From positions 236,222,001 to 236,286,000 of the forward strand of contig CM097885.1 in assembly GCA_044892525.1 (NCBI GenBank): 64,000 nucleotides of DNA, read 5' to 3'. The DNA is from Schmidtea polychroa (taxonomy: Eukaryota). Made by a program: the position numbers and the translations under genes. Numbering within the stretch: the first letter of the stretch is position 1; every line of letters starts with the position of its first letter. Shown here one piece after another: positions 1 to 12,779 of the stretch. Below the pieces are notes generated by a model. That model had not been told where the DNA came from and did not search any database. It saw nothing but the letters and a program-made list of their open reading frames with translations.

Positions 1-1448
1 TACACATGTATAATAAATATTTATAATTAATTGGTTTTCGTTATAATATAAGTTTGGTTAAGCATTGTATAGCTTTGCATCTTAATTTGACTCTTCAAGA
101 CCAATTCCATTCCTGTAAGTACATAATTAATGGGAGTGGTGGATTCTTTTGGTACCAGGGGCGCCAAATTTCAATTTCGCTCCGGCGCCATTTTCCCTTG
201 CTACGGCACTGACTCATATTATTCTTATATTTAAAAAGAAATATATTCAATGTTTTTTAATACAGATGTTTTAAATAGTCAATATTTTTTACAAAAAGTT
301 ATAATACACTTCGTTTTTAGGTACTCAATTTATTTTTAAACTTTAATCTTCGATTAATACATATCATTTACAATATTTTCGTCATTTCGCAAAATTAAAT
401 AATTATTATTTAACATATAACAATTAATACTGATTAATAAATTCAATTGAATATAATAAATTATAAAATGATATTTTTGGAGAAATCAATATAAAAATGT
501 TTTATTATTAAGTTTTATTATAAAATCAATATTATTTAATAATATCTTTTCTTTGAGTCTGTATTTTTAAAACAAAGAAAATATAATGTGCTTATATCTG
601 GCATTCAACTAGATCAGGGTTTACCAAACTTTGCTTATTTTTTAATTTTTTTTTATCATAATTTTATTTATCATAATTCACATGTCAGACAACCGCATGT
701 GAATGGTGTAGTGAACGTCTTTGGGATGATTGCAGTTGGTTTGGTTAACTATAAAAATGTTGAGGGTGGTATGAGTTGTGCCTCTGGACGGGATTGCGTG
801 AGGCTGGATTCCGCGTGATGTGTAAACACGAAAAAGCGAACTGTCCTTTCGCACACCGAAGATCATACAAACAAGACTTCAGCGAATCAGGTAAAAATAA
901 TCCCATCTACCACATCTCTTTCATGCGCACAGGATGAGAGATAGTCTTTCTCCCTCATTAAAGAATATTGCTGTACCCAACTTCTACGTACTAAATATTT
1001 TGGCCTACTTCTTAAAACTCAATGAAGTTTAACCGTCGCTCGTCTTTCATTATGAGGGAGAATATGGTTTAATTTTCTAAATTTACTTCAAATTTTTGAA
1101 AATATCTATTTAGGCTTCGCGGAACATAGTTTGGGAAACCATGAATTAGATGATTTTTCAAGAAATAGAAAAATATTCGATATAATTCAGAACAAACAAA
1201 TATCAATTGTGATTTTAAAGACAATATTTTAATATATTTATAGTGATGAAGAATAAATACCTCAATTCGAATAAATAATTAAAATAATTATTCAAGGATA
1301 TCAAACGAATGAGGAACAATCAAATCCGATATGAAGGATTGAAAGTGTTGACAAATATATTTAAAATGAACATAATAAAAAAATAAATATTATTATTAGA
1401 CTTTCTTTTCATCATTTACTATATATATTAAACAAACAAAGTATTTTT

Positions 1449-2928
1449 TAAAAATCGCCATTCGTACATCTTTTTCACTATATATTTCGATAGCGTCACT
1501 ATCATCATCAGGTTAACTACATTCACGACGGATGAATAACTATACTATATTTTTAATAATGAATGGTATGAACAAAATGATGGAGTGACTATGGGTTCAC
1601 CCTTAGCACCAACAATGGCGTCAATATTTTTGGCATGTTTAGAAAAGAAAATTGCTTCTTTTCAATATGAAAACCAATTGTGTATAAAAGGTATGTTGAT
1701 GATATTTTTCTGATATTTAAAAATAAGGAACATATGAAACCTTTTTTGCATTACATGAATGGATTGCATAAGAACATTAAATTCACATGTGAAACTGAGA
1801 AGGATTCATCCATAGCATTTCTTGACTTGTTAATTAAACGTAAAGATGAACAATATGAGACAGAAATTTACAAAAAAAACAACGGATACCGGCCTCTATA
1901 CTACCCCATAGAGTTTTTGTGAATTTAAATATAAAAGAAACATGGTGAAAGGATTGGTTTATCGATCATGGTGCTTATCTTCCACTTTTAAAAATTCAGT
2001 AAAATGTGTAGATAAATTAGTTGAATTACTGGTGAAGAATGCTGGTTAAGAAAACGGTTATTATTGTTAACGTTGAAAGAGACTGTTGATAAATGTATGA
2101 ATAATGCTAAGGATCGTAGTATGAATGAATGTAAATTGACTGATATGTCGAATGATGTAGAGAATATGAGTATTCATTCTAACAAACAAGATGATCCAAA
2201 ATATACGATGGTATTGTCGTATTCTGAAAGATATAAAGATTTCAAAAGAAAGATTGGTAAACAGCTGGGTACATTGAATTATAGAATTGTTTCAAAAGCG
2301 TGCAAAGTACGCATTATGTTTGTTAGTAAATCTCAAACGCCGGTTGAATTGTGTTCGGATCTCGTTTATCAATTCACATGTAATGGGTGTAATGCCACAT
2401 ACATTGGAGAGACTTCTCGTTATCTCTGTACTCGAGTTCAAGAACACTATCGACAGAAGGGAGTGTCCAAAATTATTAAGGATCATAATAAAGTCTGTAT
2501 GACAGAATTAGGAATGATTTTAAAATCTTATCAAAAAATTTTGATAATTGTTTTGAGCGTGTGATATGTAAAGCATTATTGATAAGAACTTTTAATCTTA
2601 AAATCAATGTGCATAATGCATTGAATACGTGTGTGTTGAATGTTTTAAGTTTTTGTATGTTGATGTATATTAATAATAGTTATGTTAAATAATTAAAAAA
2701 AATAAGTAAAATAAAATTTTTAAATAATTTTAAAAGTTTAAATATAATTGATTAATGAAAATTATTTTAAAAAAAATTTATAGATTTAATAATTTATAGA
2801 TTTTATAATTTGTTTATATATTATCAATATAGTATAGTTATTCATCCGTCGTGAATGTAGGTAACCTGATGATGATAGTGATGCTATCGAAATATATAGT
2901 GAAAAAGATGTACGAATGGCGATTTTTA
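1449..2928 (+). mobile_element. Penelope-like element (PLE), 5'-truncated, with inverted pseudo-LTRs
   Basis: RT motifs FNNEWYEQNDGVTMGSPLAPTMA and YKRYVDDIF; GIY-YIG domain LVYQFTCNGCNATYIGETSRYLCTRVQEH; frameshifted; 1449-1551 is the reverse complement of 2826-2928. Confidence 0.92.
2861..2903 (+). ncRNA. Minimal type I hammerhead ribozyme in Penelope pseudo-LTR (second copy on - strand at ~1474-1516)
   Basis: CTGATGA (2866-2872), stem II GATAGT/GCTATC, GAAA (2889-2892), short palindromic TATATA stem III, weak stem I (t/g)taac/gtgaa. Confidence 0.75.
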
Positions 2929-3745
2929 TTAATCTTTCCCGTGTTTATTTAAGAAAGTATTTTTTGTTATAGTTATTTGAATTTCAAAGATTTTCATATG
3001 AAATAATATTCTCGTTACTGATCTGTTTCATTAAATTCTCGTTTCGCCTTTTGTTATAATCTACTAATTCCCCAAGATGCCCCTCTGCTTCCAATATCAC
3101 TTATATGTGCAACAAATAACAAATGGTGTCTTTCCAAATTTAACTGATCTGTCATTTTAACCAACATCTACGTTGGTATCAGCTATCTTTTCAACAGTGA
3201 TAAGAAAATTGTTTACCAAAAAAATAACATTCATTTTCATATCATATTTTATTCATTGTTAATGCTATTATTATTCATCTTTAATGTCTAAAATATTTTT
3301 CAAATTATAGGGGAGATGGGTATGCTTCAATTCCTACATCTATGAAATTTCCCATGTCAAAATATTATTTGTAATTAATTCTCTATGACACAAGCGTAAA
3401 TATTACTGATAGAATTATTGCATTGGGAAATGCAATACTTTTAAATGAATTGATGAAAGATACAATATTTGGGGATGGCACATTTATTAAAGTACCAAAC
3501 ATTTTTGTCAACTGTATAAGTGTCATGCGCAAATTTGTAACTCCAACCCCACCTGTGTTTATATTTTACTACAGCACAAAACCTTAAACACTTATAATAG
3601 GATGTTTGAAATTTGGAAATTGTTACTTCCAGGATTAGCATTTTGAAAAGTATTAATTGATTTTGAAAAAACTGCTATAACAGGGTTTACAAATGATTTC
3701 CTTAATGATACAGCGAAAGGCTGCTACTTCCATTTATCACATAGT

Positions 3746-5189
3746 CATGGGCGTCCGCAAGGGGGAGGGGCACTGAACCCCTGGATTTCCCAAACCATTC
3801 TATTTTTCAATTAATTGTTCCACTATGCTTGGTTAAATCAGTACTCACCCTGGCTGAGTTATTCAGTTCGTTTAAAAGGAGCATTTTGCAAATTTTCCAT
3901 ACATTTTCCCAGCCAGTAAATCGTGGTTTTCAAGGTGCATTCATCGCAGGGCCTATTACAAAATACACAAATTTTCATAAAAGTGCCAAAATTCATCAAT
4001 CAAGTGTGTGGCAAAAAAATGCACTGGCTTGTGCTGCAAAGTTCTTACAATTAAGGGAAAAGGCAGATTTCAACATTGTTTGTCTAATGGACAGTGCCCT
4101 AAAGCGCCAAGTAGAAGAGAATGGGAAAAAATTGGATCCGATTTTATCAAGTATTTTGTACTGTTGGGAAACTGACATAGCACTTAGAGGAAAAACAAGT
4201 GCAAGTTTTCGTAGTTTTCTACTGTTCGGCACTTTCGATGTCGGCATTGCCCTTTTCACCGTGCGCTTTTTTAAATTTAATATTGTGTCTTGCTTTCCAT
4301 CACGATAACCAACCATCAGTTGTTTTGAAGTCGTTGCGGCCCAGTATTTTAGCAAACTCCTCTGACTTCCCCATCAATATTGGGCCGTTGATATTTATGC
4401 CTCTGCCACTAATAATAGAAAATCATTGATCTAGAGCTTCTTCGATGTCTGGATCCTTCCCCTCGCGTCTTCTTTTGGATGTTCCTGCTTGTTTTTCTTG
4501 TAATACCAATTCCTCACGCAGTTGACTTTCTTGTCGTAAGACACGCGATATGGTAGATTTTAGTACACCAGTTATCTCAGCGAGACGACGATAACTTATA
4601 TTAAGTGGCTGGCTTTTTATTTTATCTAGCAAACCAATTTCACTGGAAAGTTTCAAATCATTTCTTGGAAATTTGGCAAGGGTCAAATTTTTGAAAAATA
4701 AAATTGACAAAAATAAGTTCACGCACTGTTCACGCCCGAGGTGTATTGGTGACTGAAAAATAAGCAACAAATGAGATAGTTGTCACGTGCCAGGTGTATC
4801 AGCTATCAAACAACGCATCATGTCATATTTTTCTTGATAATATGTGTAACATAATATGTGCTGTGATCTTAAATTTACTGTCCCAATTAAGCGGAATGTT
4901 GTCCCAATTAAACATATAAATTTACTATTGGTTTCTTGGTTTGGTTTCGGTTCTTTAAGAATTTTCCCAATTTAGCTGCGGTCCCAATTAAGCGTTGTCC
5001 CAATAAAGCGGAATCAACTATATACTATTATTAATCTGATTATATATAGTAATAATTTTTTTTCATAAATGAGCATAACAAGAATTTAAATGATACTAAT
5101 CGTTGTATGTTTAAGTATTACATTAATATGTAGAAGTTCTCTACTTTGTTTTTGCCCCCCCCCTGGAAAAATTCCTGCGGACGCCCATA
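3746..5189 (+). mobile_element. Non-autonomous hAT element with transposase fragment
   Basis: TIRs CATGGGCGTCCGCA / TGCGGACGCCCATA; perfect 8-bp TSD CACATAGT (3738-3745, 5190-5197); peptide ENGKKLDPILSSILYC...DIALRG resembles hAT/PRKRIR-type transposases. Confidence 0.88.
4423..5021 (-). mobile_element. Tigger/pogo left-end fragment nested in the hAT element
   Basis: CENP-B/psq-like HTH (ISYRRLAEITGVLKSTISRVLRQESQLREE...KRRREGKDPDIEEAL); terminus TATAGTTGATTCCGCT with repeated TCCCAATTAAGCG subterminal motifs. Confidence 0.75.
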
Positions 5190-5499
5190 CACATAGTACG
5201 CAAAGAAAAGTTAATAATGTTGGCTTAAGAAGAAGTTTTGAAAGTGATTTTTTTACATATATTATTTTTATAATCAAAATGTGTTTGAATAAAATTAATG
5301 AATACATATTTCATACTAAATGAAAAATTATATTATAATAAATAAAATAAATCATGCTTGAAAAACAAATCCAAAGATTCTGGTTTAATTATTCAACAAT
5401 AACTAATCAAAGTTTTTCTCCTCTTTTCTCAAAAACATAAAAAAGTATATGTCAAAATAGTAAAGGTTAAATGAAGTAAAAAGTTGTGAAATTCTAGAA

Positions 5500-6205
5500 C
5501 AGGGATATCCAACTTTTTAATTTAATGGGCCGCATTGCAAACTTAAATATTTAACTGGGCCGCAAAACTACCAGAATATCTTAAGCCTAGGCCCCAGAGA
5601 ATGGTCTCAAATTTTTTTTGAGATTTTTGGGGGTAGATGAGGTTTTTATTTAATGTTGCAGCCTTTTTTTCATGGATGTGAAGCTCATAGTGCGCTAGCC
5701 GGAGTGTGAATTCTTTAATAACGTCGATTTTTTTGGTACTATCCCCTTAAATTTAATGGAAAAATTACAATATAAAACAAAATCATGTGAATACAGTTTA
5801 TTTACATTATTACAACATTCCAAATATTGAAATCTTTATATGTAGCCATACATAAAAAAAATTAATTTAATTAACCAATATTTATTCAATGAAACTTTTG
5901 ACTTTGCCTTCCAGCCATAATGTTTTCAATATTTGCATTGAAGGATGCATTCTTAATTCTAAGGATTTTTGCAAATGTCTGTCAGTCAACATATTTCTTT
6001 CTGCAGTTTTAATGTTTTCATGCTTGAAAAAAACTGCTCGCAAGAGTATGTACTTCCTCACATGATTAAAAATTTTCTGGATAAATTTAGAATTTGATTG
6101 AATTCATTTTTGAGAGAATTCAATTTCTTATAAAATAAAGGAAGTGTGTTCTCTCTATGGAAAGTTTTTAATGAGTCGATAGTGGGCCGCATTTGGACAT
6201 TCCTG
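5500..6205 (-). mobile_element. Buster/Charlie-type hAT deletion derivative
   Basis: CAGGGATATCCAA...TTGGACATTCCTG termini; 8-bp TSD TTCTAGAA; GSTYSCEQFFSSMKTLK dimerisation-domain remnant on - strand. Confidence 0.85.
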
Positions 6206-8514
6206 TTCTAGAATATCCTTTGTGATATAGGGGTGATTTTCATTATGGCTCGATTTATTCAGTTAGCTTATTTAAAAAAAGTTTTTTTCTTCTACACGGC
6301 ATTTTAGTAAATTTTAATCCAAACTATATTTATGTAAATTTATGTAAAGTTTTCATAATTTTATTTATTTCGTAAAAATATTATTTTTTTTTGAATTGTT
6401 TTTTATCAACTTTTATAAAATTCGATAACAATATTTTAAAGTTATATATTATCGAATTTTTAAATTAATTGGATATCCACAGCCACCTAGGACTTTTAAA
6501 AGTATAAAAATGTATACGACACTCAGTATATTACATTGGGGACTAATGTGGTTATTCAATGCCATATAAATGCAATTCTTAAAAATATAATATATATATA
6601 AAAATAAAAATATATGAATATTGTGCAATTCAATTACTTTTATTATTAATTCATTGTTTCGCTAAGCAAGTACTAAATGACCCTCTTCCTGATGATTGTA
6701 TTGAAATTGTATTGAATGTAATTCCCAAATGCTTATCTAATATCACTCACTTGCTATTTTTCTATTTAAAAATTTTAATTCATTCATTTTTGAAAGATAA
6801 AAGTTCCAAAATGCATTCTATACGATAATATATATCAGCGATCCAGTATGGATTCATAATTCCTCAGGCAGTATTGACTAACATTTTAATAATTTTTAAT
6901 ATTTAATTTCAGGAACCTTTTAATTATTCCTTATTAGTAGATCTTGTGTCGAATCTAAATATAAAAGTTATTTTTGACTACCACTGTTCCATTTTCAACA
7001 CCAATCATAATGTGTTTGTATTAACGACTTTTCGATAAACTTTTAAGAAATGCTTTAAAATTATGTTATTGTTAAAGAATATACAAAAAATATTATAACT
7101 AAATCATCAAAGCTTAAAATAATTTTCAAATTAGAATGTCATTGAAATGTAATATATGGAAATAAAATTAAATTGTTTTAAATCACCAATATCATTTATC
7201 TTACAAATATATTTAATTTGAAAACAATTAAAAAACCAAAATTTACACGGTAATAATAATATAAATTTATAAATCATATAAAATATTATAAAATAATAAT
7301 ATGCATAAATTAATATTCCAAATAATATTTTGATCAAAATCTTAATGCAAATTTAATTTATGGTTTAAATTAAATTCAATTATTATAAAACCAAGCATCA
7401 TATAATAAATTTTGATGCTAATTAGCATGTTTTTGTTAAACTGTTTGCAGAATTCATTGACGGTTCTAAATCTGGATAGGAATTAAATTAATTGCTGAAT
7501 TCAATCGAATCAAGAAATGGTATTCGTGTATTGCAATTAAAATTCATCTCACTAAAAATCTCTGTGAATGATTTGTTAAACAACCACTTCAAATCTGATA
7601 TGGCTAAGAAATTTTATGTAGAAAAATTTTTAGAGTTAGTTAATGCACATCAGTTGATATATTCAAATTTGATTTAGTTCGTTTAAGCGTGCTTCTTTAT
7701 GTCGCCAGATTGGCGAGTATAATTTAATTTGCAATACTAATAAGATTCGTATTGGCCTAAAAATAATATTAGGCAACTTTGAGACTAGTGGGAAATTTCA
7801 TTGTTGGTCAGTTGACCGTTTATTGAATTGAAGTGGTAAATTTGTTCAGCAGACATGTTACAGTCAGTTAGACATCAAAAGTCAGTAGTTTTTCTATATA
7901 AAATTTTTTTATTGATAAAAGAAAAATTCAGATATTTCGGCTGCCTTAAATTTTAGTTATTTATGAAAATTAATTAATTCACTCGAACTTTGGCATTTAA
8001 CAGAGCGATTCTGAGAGGTCTATAGCCAGCGGGTAGATATTTAAATATATTCCAATACAATGGTTGGTATTTCTATAATAATACTTGAAAACTATTAATT
8101 CAATCCGAGAATTGAAATCGCTACAGCGGTCTACATTGCTTCAGGAATTTTCTTTTGTTTTGTATCTTAAGTATTGAAAAAAAGTCAAAATCGAAAATGA
8201 ATTTTGAAAATTGAATATTTTACATCTTAAAATTTTTCGATGATGGTTTAAAAATCTTTATTAGCCACAAGAGAGTTCATTTGGTTTTCAATCAACAATC
8301 GTAAGTTGATTAAAACTCTTATCAAAAAAAATTTATTAGAATTTTGAAATTCAACAAGATTTATTCCCAAATGTATTTTTAGGAGTTTTTTCCGAGAAAA
8401 AATTCATTACTATTGAAAATGAAAAACAAGCAGATTTCAATAATTTTACTTTTATTTAATCTTTTATTTAAGTTGCTTATATAATAATAATAATAAATAA
8501 TAATTATTATTATA

Positions 8515-8554
<40 letters not shown>

Positions 8555-9254
8555 TAATAATAATAATAATAATATTATTAATATTATTATTTGTGAAAAT
8601 TAATTGGATGTAATCGTGCTGCTCCGACAAGGATTTCGTAACCCTGAATTGTTTCGCCTCCTTTTTAGGTTTTAAAAATTCTGTTTAAATTAGTAGAATT
8701 TTTTGTTTAAATGATTTATTGAAAATTATTTCGACAACAAGTACATCTCAAACCAGTATAAACCCACAATCTTCTTGCAATGACAGTGCGGTTTTACAAT
8801 TGCATTCAAGCAAATGACATCATAAGTTATTATAATTTATACCCCTCGTCATACCTATTTAATATCTTTTGCAGTCTGCTTTATTTGAAAAGTGTTATCA
8901 TACTAATAAAATATCAGCATATTAATGAAAAATTTTTTTAAAAATTTAGTCACTTACGCTGATAATTATTAGTTAAATGTTACACAAGTAAATAATAAGC
9001 TTTTTCTGAAATATTGAATAAAATGAAATAATTTTCGATTATGAAAATATTTCTTTTCACTTTCTTGGAATTTACATGTTTCAATTTTCAAATGCTTTTT
9101 GATCTTCTTTTTACATTCATTTTCTTCCTTCTCATATGTTGAAATAAATAAAATAAATCAAATCAAAATAATTTAATTTATTTCAACTAATGAGAAGGAA
9201 GAAAATGAATTAAAAAAATATATCAAACAGCATTTGAAATTTGAAACAAAGAAA

Positions 9255-10135
9255 TTCCAAGCTTGTAAAATCCAGATCCCTTTTTGTTATATTTATGACT
9301 TATACATCTCCTCGAAACGACAAAACATACGCTTGACTCCTGAAGGAGAACAACATAAAGCTGGGGCTCCACATTTTGGCTGTGAGACATGCAGCTTAAT
9401 GCTAACTAAGTGGAAGTTATAACACTTGCATTTGCTATTTCATTTTGTGAGAGCCTCAAATCACCATTATCATTTTTATTTTTGTATTGTTGATGTTTTA
9501 AAGTATAAGAACCTAAAGCATCGGCGAGTAATTATTTATCCAAACATTCCATTGCCTCTTGCTTCTGTGCCACACTCTGATTCGTATCTAAGTCTTTTTT
9601 ACCTCAAAGGAAAATCTTCGGAAGATGAATAATCGAGTGAAGAAGACAGCAATGGTGTTGATTTTGACACATTCGCAATCAGCAAGAATTAAATTAATCA
9701 ATCAGAGATTTAGAACTGACAAAATCAAAGGTGGTGCTCATTAAATTTCGTCTGAAAGAATGGAATCTGTTAGATCCATATTGCTAATTTACCGTTTACA
9801 AGTAAAGATACCAGAAATATTTTTTCACTGTGAAAGAGTCATTGTGTTATTGCTGTGATATAATTGGTCTTTACGAAAAAAAGAAATTCAACATAATCCT
9901 CTGAAATGGCGCTTATTTATTAAAATCTCATAAAATGTTTTGAAGGCTGCCTTGCTCTATAATGAAAACATTTATCCTTCTATTCATATTGCTCATTCTG
10001 TACAAATGACTGAAAACTACAACAATGTAAAACATCTTTCGGACAGAATCAGTTATGCACGATACCAATGATATTTTTGTGGAGATTCCAAAATGTAAGT
10101 ATTTTTACTTCGAGGTTATACAAGGAGGTTTTACA
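9255..10135 (+). pseudogene. Degenerate DNA transposase, probably Chapaev3-like
   Basis: Fragments KAGAPHFGCETC, FYFCIVD...IIYPNIP...VPHSD, LKAALLYNENIYPSIHIAHSVQMTENY, FCGDSKM; many stops; family assignment from recalled motif pattern only. Confidence 0.55.
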
Positions 10136-11207
10136 AAATATTTGTAAAAAAATTTGAGCACTTATCAACGAATTGCTCAAATAGTATCGGTGACTCGGTT
10201 ACAGAATGTCTCTTTTCTACATTTCTATCTCGATGTTTTCTATCTCTGTTATGTAAATGAGGAGAATATAGAGAGACTCCAACAGAATATTCACATAATG
10301 GAGAAACAATGAGACGTTTACATGATAGGCGACTACATTTGAGTTGTAAATAGGGAAAGTTCACAAAAACAATGTTGTTTCTGTGAGCAATTTTTATTTC
10401 CACACATCACTCTTACATTTGTTTTTGATATGCCACTTGTTTATTCGGTGATTTTGTAACATTCTAAAAAATATTTGGTTTTTTCTATTTTATTGGCATC
10501 ATTCGAAAATGGAATATGAAAAAAAATGTCATTTTTGAAATCAGCATGCTCAAAAATATCTAATATTATTCAAAATATCGAATGAGCAAACGATTCAAAA
10601 ACATTTGTCTTATTTAAGTTACATATTATGCCAATTTTGCATGGTACTGGCAAGAATTTGTTTTCATATTGAATTTTTAATTTTGTTATTTTAGAACCCA
10701 ATTTGTTTGAATGCACAACACACACCGCAACAAATTCATTTAAAATTGAATGAAGACATTGATTAATACAAAACAATAACAGAATGGTTAAATGTATTAA
10801 ACATTAATAAATAAAAACAAACATATGCTTAATAAAAACTGATTTTATACTCAAATAAACGTGATTCGTAATCAGAATTAAAAGGAATTAGAATTATATA
10901 ATAATCTATTAAAAATAAAATAGAATTTTATAGAAAATGGCCATATCAATTGTAAGGAGTTAGTAAACCCCTATATAAAATTATTATGGTTAAATGGTAG
11001 AAGTGAGATCAGTTAGTAGAAATAATTATTTCTGTTAAATTTTTATATTTAAATTCTATATTAAATTATATCATATTATATTAAATTATATTAAATTAAA
11101 TCAATTAAATGTATGACCAGTAATTACATTAATATTAATAATTATCACGCCTGGGTGTTTAAATACGCTAGTAAACGACACAATTTTGCAGTTGTTATAA
11201 AAAATAA

Positions 11208-12051
11208 ATGTTTGAAGAAGATTTGACTTTAATTGAGTCTAACATGGCGGCCACGACCACGTATTTATTGATAAGCAGACTATTACCTGAGAAATTTCAC
11301 AAAGGCGATGACCTAGAAAATGTTATCAAGGATTGTCAAAGGTTTTTTGGCGCGACAAAAACAACAATTAGGATGCAAGTAGTATTAACTACAACATTAC
11401 TTGACAGATCGCTAATGGAAGATTATGAAGCAGCCGAAGGAAAAACTATGGAAGAGAAACTTCGATGTGCATTTTCGAAACCAACATCATTAATGGATGA
11501 TCTAAAAGAAGCTTTGAGTTATGAACAAGGATCAGATTCAGCCGAAACTTTTATAGATAAAATTAAAAAGATGACAAAGAAATTAATAGCGCACAAATGG
11601 GATGAAGAAGTCATAGAAAAATGATCTCTTACAAACTGTGTAAGAGATCGAGAAGTTAAAAAAGAAATCGAGATGAAAGATTTGAAAACATCAGAGGAAA
11701 TAAAAGCGACAATAAAGAAATTAGAAAAGGTAAACAAAATTATGGGCCATATTAATGCTGTGAAGACCGGTTGTTCAAAACTACAGAAGCTACAGAGATG
11801 TTGCTCAAATAGGAATGGAAAACGGAAATAATAATTTCAAGCAGCGAAACGTCAGTAACCGACAATTGGAATGCTGGACATGCAAGAAAACTGGTCATAT
11901 TAGACGAGAATGCCAAATGAAAAAGAAAATGACGTGTTTTGCATGCGGAGTTGAAGGCCACGTACGGCGAGAATGTTCAACGATTCAATGCCAGAGATTT
12001 TACTTACGTGGACACAAGGTGATTGAATGTTATACAAATTTGGAAAGAGGT

Positions 12052-12060
<9 letters not shown>
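11208..12060 (+). pseudogene. gag with CCHC zinc knuckles
   Basis: [14 protein letters not shown] and [14 protein letters not shown]; internal stop and frameshift. Confidence 0.85.
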
Positions 12061-12489
<429 letters not shown>

Positions 12490-12779
12490 TGTAGAACCTT
12501 TATGTAATAAAATTTGTAATTTTAAAAAGTTTCCATTAAATAATTTTAAATGTTATAGTTATTTTAATGCTGATCGTTCTTTAATAAATAATAATAATAA
12601 TCCTAAGAATCAAGAAAAGTATAATGAAATTAAAGAAGCAGAATATAATAATAAAATAGTAAATGAAAAAGTTTATAAATTTATTAAAAAGACAGAAGAT
12701 AAATTAGAGAGAAATGAAATTGGGTGGATTAATAAAATATCAGAGGAGCAAAATATTTTCACTAAAAATGAATGGAAAC

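Larger units (their letters stand above)
3630..5255 (+). pseudogene. MULE transposase remnant split by a hAT insertion (3630-3745 + 5198-5255)
   Basis: LIDFEKTAITGFTNDFLNDTAKGCYFHLSHS resumes after the TSD as TQRKVNNVGLRRSFESDFF; DFE...GCYFHL is typical of MULE DDE transposases. Confidence 0.65.
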
